Made by a program: the position numbers and the translations under genes. Positions 56,667 to 64,000 of a DNA stretch of 64,000 nucleotides are shown here, piece after piece (position 1 is the first letter of the stretch; the number at the start of each line of letters is the position of its first letter). The stretch lies in the sequence record MZ561532. One strand, 5' to 3'. The notes below the pieces were generated by a model. The model was not told where the DNA came from. It was given only the letters and a program-made list of their open reading frames with translations, and made no database searches. Origin of the DNA: Shigella phage PSD9.

Positions 56667-57013
56667 GATTTACATTCCTTAATAAAGGTTTCAAGGTCAT
56701 TACGTTTGGTTTGTTTTACATACTCATTATAATTAGCCATCGATACAGCATATCTCTTTTTACGTGGCTTGTTTATTTTATTGGTTTGGGCAATATCAAA
56801 GACCAATGGGATAAAATACCCTATTAAAGCAGGAACCCAAATCCAGGCAAGGTTCAATTCAAATATGTTTTGTGTCGTATCATTAACGACTCCACCAGCA
56901 ATTAGTCCAACAAGTCCGGCAATCGTACCAGTGACAAGTCCAGCGAATAAAGAAATAGCAATATCATAATCTGCTAATGCGTAACCAGGGTCGGTTTTAC
57001 TAGGCTTATACAT
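56663..57013 (-). CDS. hypothetical membrane protein (about 116 aa)
   Basis: TM helices; start adjusted to MYKPSK. Confidence 0.4.
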   Translation of the reverse strand: MYKPSKTDPGYALADYDIAISLFAGLVTGTIAGLVGLIAGGVVNDTTQNIFELNLAWIWVPALIGYFIPLVFDIAQTNKINKPRKKRYAVSMANYNEYVKQTKRNDLETFIKECKS

Positions 57014-57542
57014 TTTGAACCTCTTTAGCGTATTCACGGCATTCAGCAATAAAACGATTAAGCTTCCGTTGTTGTTTTCGAATCTCTGATGTATACTCAT
57101 TGGCTAAAATAATAAGCTCGTCTTTATCGTAATTTTTAATATCAGAGTAAGATGGGCGGCGGTCGACCATACCAAAATGGTCACCATTTTCTAACATCAA
57201 ATAGCATACTAAATGGTAATCATCGTCGGCATTAGTAAGCTGTTTATAATCGCTTGGTTCATTTAAAGAGTATACTGAATAGCGTAGCCCAGCGAATTCC
57301 ACTCGTTGAATAGCCAGATTTACGTCAATAATTTCCAAAGCATCTTCAAAAGAAAGGTCTTCAGCTAAAGCAAAAATAAAAGGTAATTTGGTAGTATCGC
57401 CACGGCTAGATGTTCTGCTTAAGAAATCGTTTGAATAGCCTAGGTCTTGGCGAATTCTATAAAGAACTGAATTGGTTTCATGGGAAAGACCACTATTTTT
57501 AAACCAATCAATATTTGATATCAAATTATCATATAAACCCAT
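57006..57542 (-). CDS. hypothetical protein (178 aa)
   Basis: minus-strand ORF. Confidence 0.45.
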   Translation of the reverse strand: MGLYDNLISNIDWFKNSGLSHETNSVLYRIRQDLGYSNDFLSRTSSRGDTTKLPFIFALAEDLSFEDALEIIDVNLAIQRVEFAGLRYSVYSLNEPSDYKQLTNADDDYHLVCYLMLENGDHFGMVDRRPSYSDIKNYDKDELIILANEYTSEIRKQQRKLNRFIAECREYAKEVQNV

Positions 57543-57590
57543 AATATTCTCCTCTCCTCCAAATAGGGAGACCGAAGTCTCCCAGTAAAA

Positions 57591-58184
57591 TTACTTAAGT
57601 GAATTAATGTAGTCTTCGATATCAGCAGAAGTCGTATCCATTCCAACTTGTGGGCCTTTAAACGTTTCTACACGCAGTAGGGTGTCTTCAATATCAATCT
57701 TGGTCAGTGCAGCGATTTCAACAACATCATCGGCAGTAGCAATACCAAGGGCAGCCATATTACGAGTTTCACGAATGTACTCGAGCTTAACGGCTAGTTC
57801 CTGACGAGAGTCATCAAGTTCCTTAACCTTCAGTTTAATTTCATTACGCATTTCGATATAATCATCGGCTTTCTTACGAAGCTGGGTAGCTGTACGACGA
57901 TAAAGGAGGCCAAGTTTAGCATGTACCTGGACATCAGCGCCTTCGGCAATCAGTTTACGAATTTCACGTTCTTTAGAAGCAGCGAGCTGGTCTTTTTCAT
58001 TAGCCAACGCACGAATACGTTTTTCTTCATTCACAGACTTAACATGAGCAGTCTGGAGTTCAGTGATTTTATCAATCAGAGTAGAAGCAGCTTTTGTGTA
58101 TTGGTCTTCGATTGACAGGTTCTGAGCCATTGCGGTGCCCAGTTTAGAACGAATGAATTCAACGATTTTCTTTAAAGTGTTCAT
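57591..58184 (-). CDS. hypothetical coiled-coil protein (197 aa)
   Basis: heptad-rich sequence, loosely PspA/IM30-like. Confidence 0.4.
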   Translation of the reverse strand: MNTLKKIVEFIRSKLGTAMAQNLSIEDQYTKAASTLIDKITELQTAHVKSVNEEKRIRALANEKDQLAASKEREIRKLIAEGADVQVHAKLGLLYRRTATQLRKKADDYIEMRNEIKLKVKELDDSRQELAVKLEYIRETRNMAALGIATADDVVEIAALTKIDIEDTLLRVETFKGPQVGMDTTSADIEDYINSLK

Positions 58185-58260
58185 AGTATTTCCTTCAGTT
58201 GGTTAACGTTTTGTAATCCATGAGGACATTATACCCTGTCCTCTGAGGTTTGTAAACATT

Positions 58261-58659
58261 TTATTTCATTTTTGCGAGGCAAATTTCATTGGCTTCCCAT
58301 TGAGCTTGCTTAATAATAGCTTTGGATACAGGAGCCCTTTGGCCATAAGTTTTTGACGTTGAGAGAACAATACATTTGTTTGCTTCATTATGCCAGCCCC
58401 ATGATTTTTCGCCATGAGTACCTTTAACTACAGCTGACACCTCAACAGAGCAACCACCATCAGAAATCTTGGTTTCGACAACCCATTCATTTCTCTCAGC
58501 AGCTTCAATTTCTAATCTAGTTTTTTCTTCATACATCGCGGCCCAATCAGTTTTTGCCAAGTTGAAAGTAAGAGCTTTCTCTAATTCTTTGGCATATTTT
58601 TGTTGTTCAGGTGTTAATGAATTATACAACTCTTGCATTTCTTTATCTTCGATATTCAT
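58261..58659 (-). CDS. hypothetical protein (132 aa)
   Basis: minus-strand ORF. Confidence 0.4.
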   Translation of the reverse strand: MNIEDKEMQELYNSLTPEQQKYAKELEKALTFNLAKTDWAAMYEEKTRLEIEAAERNEWVVETKISDGGCSVEVSAVVKGTHGEKSWGWHNEANKCIVLSTSKTYGQRAPVSKAIIKQAQWEANEICLAKMK

Positions 58660-58717
58660 TATGTTCTCCTCAAATTATGGGCTCATAATATCTTAATCAT
58701 GAGCCCATGTAAACGTT

Positions 58718-58996
58718 TTATTTCATATTATTGAAATAATTTTCTGCATCAAAATCATTACCATGGTAAACTTTGGTAGACGATTTGGCGTAACCTTCAG
58801 CTGAGAACATATTAATCACAACTTTAATTGTATACCACTGTCCATCTTCATTACCCATTACTGCATAGGTTTCATACACCGGGTGTTCAGGACCGATAAC
58901 CTTAATATCGTTAACTGTGGCACCAAATTCTTCCGGAACACATTTCATAAAGAAATTAAACACTTCACCATAATTATCCATTTTACTCTCCTTCAC
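58718..58996 (-). CDS. hypothetical protein (92 aa)
   Basis: ORF downstream of an early promoter cassette. Confidence 0.4.
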   Translation of the reverse strand: MKESKMDNYGEVFNFFMKCVPEEFGATVNDIKVIGPEHPVYETYAVMGNEDGQWYTIKVVINMFSAEGYAKSSTKVYHGNDFDAENYFNNMK

Positions 58997-59001
58997 TCTG
59001 T

Positions 59002-59048
59002 TGTTTTGATAGGTCTATAGTATCATGTTCTACGAAAGAGTAAACATC
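59002..59048 (-). promoter_or_regulatory. early promoter cassette
   Basis: gttttgataggtctatagtatca ... gagtaaac. Confidence 0.5.
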
Positions 59049-59069
59049 TTTTTTAAACCTTTTAGAAAC

Positions 59070-59100
59070 AAAAAAAAGGCCCAACCTTTCGGAAGGGCCT
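59070..59100 (-). terminator. intrinsic terminator hairpin (copy A)
   Basis: aggccc ... gggcct stem with A-run on plus = T-run on minus; identical hairpin at 59696-59724. Confidence 0.6.
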
Positions 59101-59104
59101 AGAA

Positions 59105-59659
59105 TCAGTTCTTGTAGAACCGGAATGGGTTTATGTGGAAGGCTAACATAGCCTTAGGGATTTTACGAGACAAAAGGCTCTTAAGCTTCCAACCACAGTA
59201 CACGCGAAGGTAAAAGGTAATCCCACCAACCTTAAGATATGGAACTGAAGCAAATACACCCCAGGCGTCGTCATTCCACATCCATAACCATCCGTGATGA
59301 GCTTTATCAGGAGAACCGGATTCCACGTCGGGATTACCTCGATAATGGAATTCCGAGCTACAATCACGACCGAGTTTATGGTAAGCAAAGTTATAAGCTT
59401 TATTTCGCCATAGCCAAGCTACTCTCTGAAGATAAACACCACCCGGCATTTTCCTGATGTTAGCCCAACGTTTAATATGACCTTTGTCGCCGTCAATTGG
59501 ATTATCGTATGTCATCATCCAATCAAAGCCATATGGTAATTTACCGGTCTTTTTATTGTGGAAAGGGACTACAAAAGGTGCAAGGATAACAGCCAGAACC
59601 ATAGAGATAAAATCTAGAGGAACCAACAGTACCCAACTCAAATATTTTAAAAGTTTCAT
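59105..59659 (-). CDS. hypothetical membrane protein (184 aa)
   Basis: N-terminal TM helix; Trp/His-rich; late promoter upstream; flanked by identical terminators. Confidence 0.45.
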   Translation of the reverse strand: MKLLKYLSWVLLVPLDFISMVLAVILAPFVVPFHNKKTGKLPYGFDWMMTYDNPIDGDKGHIKRWANIRKMPGGVYLQRVAWLWRNKAYNFAYHKLGRDCSSEFHYRGNPDVESGSPDKAHHGWLWMWNDDAWGVFASVPYLKVGGITFYLRVYCGWKLKSLLSRKIPKAMLAFHINPFRFYKN

Positions 59660-59686
59660 ATTATTTCCTAGGTTAGTTTAACTACA

Positions 59687-59694
59687 TATTTATA
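59687..59694 (-). promoter_or_regulatory. late promoter TATAAATA
   Basis: plus tatttata about 25 nt upstream of the 59105..59659 start. Confidence 0.5.
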
Positions 59695-59695
59695 C

Positions 59696-59724
59696 AAAAA
59701 AGGCCCAACCTTTCGGAAGGGCCT
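59696..59724 (-). terminator. intrinsic terminator hairpin (copy B)
   Basis: same aaaaaaggcccaacctttcggaagggcct element, 3' of the tRNA cluster. Confidence 0.6.
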
Positions 59725-59774
59725 TTAACCTAGGGTAACCTTGTCGGGGTTCCACCTGCTAGGCAAGTGTTTGT

Positions 59775-59866
59775 ACGAAACGCCGGGATTCGAACCCGGT
59801 TATTAAGTAGTTGACGCCACTCAATATTTTTAAAAGGCCGTATCTCGACCATATCCGAACGTTCCG
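59775..59866 (-). ncRNA. tRNA-like element (aberrant; canonical T-arm, no clear anticodon arm)
   Basis: minus strand has CCGGG-TTCGAAT-CCCGG T-arm and a 7-bp acceptor-like closure (CGGAACG/CGTTTCG) but an AT-rich interior I cannot fold as a tRNA. Confidence 0.3.
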
Positions 59867-60108
59867 TCAAAAACGCTACTCGGCTTACGGCAAAGATATT
59901 TCCTCGAATCGATAATTCGGTGCGCCGTTTCTGCTGTGATGTAAGGGGACGTTAACAGATCGTAAAGATTTGTTAATGCCAGTCCTTACTCAGGGAACAT
60001 CAGTCCGACGACTTACCGGTAGCGACCCGGTTTCTTGTTTGTTGCGCCGGTGAATGCTGGTAATCAGTCTTCATACGACGGCTTGACTATATAATAGTCT
60101 TCATTTGG

Positions 60109-60180
60109 TATCCCGCCCTGGGATCGAACCAGGACCGCAAACTTAGAAGGATCGTATGCTATCCATTACACCAGCGGGAC
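60109..60180 (-). tRNA. tRNA-Arg (anticodon UCU)
   Basis: hand-folded cloverleaf: acceptor GTCCCGC/GCGGGAT, D-loop AATGGATA, anticodon loop CTTCTAA, T-arm CCTGG-TTCGATC-CCAGG. Confidence 0.6.
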
Positions 60181-60188
60181 GTAGTTGG

Positions 60189-60262
60189 TGACCCAGACCA
60201 GATTTGAACTGGTAACCTTTCCCTTATGAGGGGACTGCTGCTAACCATTGAGCTACAGGGCC
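60189..60262 (-). tRNA. tRNA with CAU anticodon (Ile2-like or Met)
   Basis: hand-folded: GGCCC acceptor start, D-loop AATGGTTAG, anticodon loop CTCATAA, T-arm ACCAG-TTCAAAT-CTGGT; several stem mismatches. Confidence 0.5.
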
Positions 60263-60267
60263 TTAAT

Positions 60268-60540
60268 TTAAATTACAAATCCAGCAGGAGCATTATCATC
60301 TTTAGCCATGTGCTGAATTGTGTGATAAGTCATTTCTTCAGGAGCAACCAGATAAGCCGCAGCGTTAACTAGTGGAATTATTTTTGGTTTAGCGAATGTG
60401 CTATCGGCAATTGCCATAAAGGGCTCGCCGTCGGTCTCAACTTCGCCAAATTGACATTCATATGAAATAGAACAACGTTTGGTAGTTGTTGTCTTGGTTT
60501 CTGGGTCGTAAAAAGCTAATTTTAATACTAACATAAACAC
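60268..60540 (-). CDS. hypothetical protein (90 aa)
   Basis: minus-strand ORF adjacent to the tRNAs. Confidence 0.4.
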   Translation of the reverse strand: MFMLVLKLAFYDPETKTTTTKRCSISYECQFGEVETDGEPFMAIADSTFAKPKIIPLVNAAAYLVAPEEMTYHTIQHMAKDDNAPAGFVI

Positions 60541-60708
60541 CTCAAATAAAATTAAGTAAAGTAAGTTTGATTAATAGACCTTGTCTATTATGAAAGGTTC
60601 TTTGAGGGAAGAACCTTTGGTAATAGAGGGTATTAATGATAGAGTAATAATAACACATTACTCTTAAAGCATATTACTATTTTTAGGAATAGTCTGGTCA
60701 AATTTGAT

Positions 60709-60999
60709 TCATTGTGGCCACATATTAATGTAATCAAGTTTAATAGAAGCAATCTTCAAAGGATTTTTAAAGATGTCGTATTCGATCAATCCGTTTTCAG
60801 TTGCGGTGTAGAAAGTAAAGTTAACAGAATTATAACGGCGACCATTAACTTTTAGTTTAACGTCGCTTGAACTACGACCAATATTAACCTGTTGGACATC
60901 AAGCACAGCACCTTTGCCAAAGTTGCGAATCAGTAGCTCTGCTGCAACCTGGTCTGAATTATAGCCATTCTCTGGATTAGTAACCTTAACGTATAGCAT
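60709..60999 (-). CDS. hypothetical protein (96 aa)
   Basis: minus-strand ORF. Confidence 0.4.
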   Translation of the reverse strand: MLYVKVTNPENGYNSDQVAAELLIRNFGKGAVLDVQQVNIGRSSSDVKLKVNGRRYNSVNFTFYTATENGLIEYDIFKNPLKIASIKLDYINMWPQ

Positions 61000-61407
61000 T
61001 TAACCCTCGTCTACAATAGTATGGGTATTAGCATTAACAATCTGCCACCAGTCACAGTCAAAACGATTAGAACCGTAACGAGGCTTTTTCTCATTTTCGT
61101 TAATAATATCACGTAGTTCGTCTTCAGAAAATGCTTTAGCGATTAAATCGGTATAGCCACCACGTGGATAATAGTTATCACCCGCGAACAAAAGGAAATT
61201 TACTTTACCAGAAGGAACATATGCTTCCTTAGGATACTTGTTTCCTGCATGGTCTACCACTTCAATATAACGATAAGGGATATCAGTACTTTCAACCCAT
61301 TGCCAAGCTGCAGAAGGGGATTCAAAAGCATCTACACCTAAACGGTTATCTTCATCTTTAGACGGGTTATTTTCATAATCCGCATATACATAATATTCAA
61401 TGTTCAT
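61000..61407 (-). CDS. hypothetical protein (135 aa)
   Basis: minus-strand ORF with ATGA-type overlap. Confidence 0.4.
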   Translation of the reverse strand: MNIEYYVYADYENNPSKDEDNRLGVDAFESPSAAWQWVESTDIPYRYIEVVDHAGNKYPKEAYVPSGKVNFLLFAGDNYYPRGGYTDLIAKAFSEDELRDIINENEKKPRYGSNRFDCDWWQIVNANTHTIVDEG

Positions 61408-61592
61408 TATTCACCTTTAGAGATTTTATCCATAACGAAAGAAATTGAACCAATTAAGAATGCCACTACTAAAGAGATTATATTCTCGGAAGTTGAAAGC
61501 ATATCGAGCATGAATCCTGCAAACATACTAAAGCCAAAAGCAGTAACAGCGGCCGGTGCAGTAACATTTCTAATTAATTCACAACGTTTCAT
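61407..61592 (-). CDS. hypothetical small membrane protein (about 61 aa)
   Basis: two hydrophobic helices; start adjusted to MKRCEL. Confidence 0.4.
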   Translation of the reverse strand: MKRCELIRNVTAPAAVTAFGFSMFAGFMLDMLSTSENIISLVVAFLIGSISFVMDKISKGE

Positions 61593-61612
61593 TTTATTCT
61601 CCAATCACTCAT

Positions 61613-61658
61613 TTGTTTTGATAGGGCTATAGTACCATCACTAAAGCCCGTTGTAAAC
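61613..61658 (-). promoter_or_regulatory. early promoter cassette
   Basis: gttttgatagggctatagtacca ... gttgtaaac. Confidence 0.5.
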
Positions 61659-61660
61659 AA

Positions 61661-61933
61661 TTATTTTAAATAAATTGCATATTTTTTATAACCAGCCGTC
61701 TCGTGGCGCAGCCCTTTTTCATTAGCAAAACGTTCAATATTGTTAATTTGATTCTGGTCAAGTTCTGAAGTATCAAATACAAAAAAGTTTCGCTTATTGC
61801 CTAAAGTTACGTGATTAGTCAAATCGATGTTATAGAGATGATTTATATTATCAATCATGGTCTTAACAGATTTGTTAATTTTTACTTCTTCATTAAGAAT
61901 AGATTCAGCGATAAATTCTTGGTATGATTTCAT
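61661..61933 (-). CDS. internal head protein (CTS-bearing)
   Basis: N-terminus MKSYQEFIAES capsid-targeting sequence. Confidence 0.55.
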   Translation of the reverse strand: MKSYQEFIAESILNEEVKINKSVKTMIDNINHLYNIDLTNHVTLGNKRNFFVFDTSELDQNQINNIERFANEKGLRHETAGYKKYAIYLK

Positions 61934-61934
61934 T

Positions 61935-62159
61935 TTATTCAGCGCCAGCGGCTTTCAAAAGTTTTTTAAGATTGGCTATGCCGCCAGCAGAAAACGTGAC
62001 CTTGCCACCTTTTTCATTGATAGAGCCAGTCAATTTAGCAAGCTTATCACTAGGGACTTTTTTAAAATCAGCCAGTGTGCCATCAAAGGTTTTTGTAACA
62101 ATTGGCAGTTCATCTTCATGTCTTTTAGCTTCGGTGATAAATTCTTGATAAGTTTTCAT
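61935..62159 (-). CDS. internal head protein (CTS-bearing, IPI-position)
   Basis: N-terminus MKTYQEFITEA; lies beside 57B as T4 ipI does. Confidence 0.55.
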   Translation of the reverse strand: MKTYQEFITEAKRHEDELPIVTKTFDGTLADFKKVPSDKLAKLTGSINEKGGKVTFSAGGIANLKKLLKAAGAE

Positions 62160-62183
62160 TTTGATTTCCGTTTGGTTAGTTTG

Positions 62184-62228
62184 TTTTGATAGGTCTATAG
62201 TATCATGCCTATAGACCTTGTAAACAAC
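62184..62228 (-). promoter_or_regulatory. early promoter cassette
   Basis: gttttgataggtctatagtatca ... ccttgtaaac. Confidence 0.55.
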
Positions 62229-62236
62229 TTTTTAAA

Positions 62237-62929
<693 letters not shown>

Positions 62930-62937
<8 letters not shown>

Positions 62938-63691
62938 TTTTATTTCCTAATAATTTATCAATAGTGGTGTATAGTTCAGAAAGAGTGCCGTTATTTTCAA
63001 CAACAACGTCACCAGGTAAAATTGGTAGACCCGCTTCAGTGATGTGCGAGTCTTGTACTTGACCGGTTTCAGCGCGAACTACATGAATAATCGTAGCACC
63101 CATCGCTCTGAGCGAATCAATTTCGTGTGTTTGACGAACATCAGGTACGACATAGTATTTCGCATCAGAGTATATTTTATCAAAATAGTCTAAAGCGAAC
63201 AACTTAACCCAATACATCTTATCAAATTGGTTAACAATAATATCAGTCCCAAGGGTCTGCATGAGACGACGTACTGACCAATTGTTATTTTTATTTATTA
63301 CTTCAAACAGTTGGTCTTTTGTTTCTTCAGACAGATACTGGACTGGGGTAAGACCATAATGATATGCGGTACGAACATCAATCCCTGGAATAGGAAGGAT
63401 ATTATTCAGTTTAACAATAGCATTTTCAAAGATATCAATAACGTCATATGGTTTTAAAGGAATGATTTCTTCACGGTCGTAACCGATACCTTCAAAACAG
63501 TTGAAATCCAGTTTAGGCATATAACTACGGTCGAATACAGGGTCATCAGAGATGTATTCATAGGCTTCAGCCAGATACTTTTTAATAGGACCTGCGAGCT
63601 GAAATTTTACCGAATCCATATTTTCGATTACATAGTTAGCAACGGTATCCTTACCGCTACGTTTGATTCCTACAATTGATATTAGTTTCAT
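62930..63691 (-). CDS. 1: deoxynucleoside monophosphate kinase gp1
   Basis: colinear with T4 gp1 (KRSGKDT ... QLAGPIK ... RRLMQ.LGTD.IVN.FD.MYWVKLFALDY ... HITEAGLPI). Confidence 0.9.
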
Positions 63692-64000
63692 TATTTTCTC
63701 ATAGATGGATGCATAGACATACGAGCCACACGTTGTTCGGCATACGAATCAATTTGTGGACGACCTGTAACTATTGTACCATCTATTTCTACAGCAAACG
63801 ATTTGAAGTTGAATGTTGCTGTAGCGATTATCGCAGGGTCAGAATCCTCTTTATAAGAGTACTGGATTTCCGAGAGGTCGGATGGCCAACCACCGTAATA
63901 ATGAATACTCATTACTATTTTCTGTTTGTTATTATCAAGGATATGGAGCGTAATTGCTTCAGGTAAGCCTTTAGGATGCCAGGCTTCTGAATCATGGGTT
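63691..64000 (-). CDS. partial CDS running off the window edge (gene 3 position)
   Basis: open minus-strand frame continuing past 64000; follows gene 1 as T4 gene 3 does; no sequence verification. Confidence 0.3.
   Translation of the reverse strand, partial: THDSEAWHPKGLPEAITLHILDNNKQKIVMSIHYYGGWPSDLSEIQYSYKEDSDPAIIATATFNFKSFAVEIDGTIVTGRPQIDSYAEQRVARMSMHPSMRK

Noticed and set aside
59143-59388. 81-aa nested ORF inside 59105..59659
   Set aside because: Same strand, different frame, fully contained in the longer ORF.
59867-60108. Additional tRNAs between the tRNA-like element and tRNA-Arg
   Set aside because: No T-arm-like inverted repeat with a TTCRANY loop found on either strand by eye; left as unexplained non-coding sequence.
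690-62228. Possibility that the recurring gataggtctatagta repeats form a CRISPR array or transposon ends
   Set aside because: Copies are irregularly spaced over 60 kb, always sit just upstream of gene starts, and match phage early promoter architecture; no regular repeat-spacer pattern.

Overview
This window is a contiguous piece of a T4-like (Tevenvirinae) myovirus genome, transcribed almost entirely from the minus strand and colinear with the T4 map from the modA/modB region to gene 1/3. Recognisable core genes by direct sequence similarity to T4 proteins I know: soc, 56 (dCTPase), 61 (primase), 41 (helicase), 40, uvsX, 42 (dCMP hydroxymethylase), imm, 43 (DNA polymerase), regA, 62/44 (clamp loader), 45 (clamp), 46/47 (Rad50/Mre11-like), 55 (late sigma), nrdC, tk, regB, denV, internal proteins, e (lysozyme), nudE, a small tRNA cluster, 57B (Acb1), 57A and gene 1. 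Between these lie many small accessory ORFs, each cluster preceded by a highly conserved ~45-bp early-promoter cassette (at least 19 copies), plus GNRA/UUCG-type hairpin terminators and four TATAAATA late promoters. The most notable departures from T4 are: (i) no alpha- or beta-glucosyltransferase at their T4 positions, with a phosphatase / kinase / sugar-1-P nucleotidyltransferase module beside gene 42, suggesting a non-glucose hmC hypermodification pathway; (ii) a GIY-YIG nuclease domain fused to a DNA methyltransferase that appears split over two ORFs at the T4 dam locus; (iii) a Pol-beta-type nucleotidyltransferase translationally coupled to a multi-TM protein; (iv) four tandem paralogs with a conserved C-terminal W-x-SS-x-C tail; (v) five internal-protein genes carrying the capsid-targeting N-terminus. 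All calls are from reading the sequence and from memory of T4 proteins; no database search or folding program was run, and start codons marked as adjusted were chosen by RBS position.
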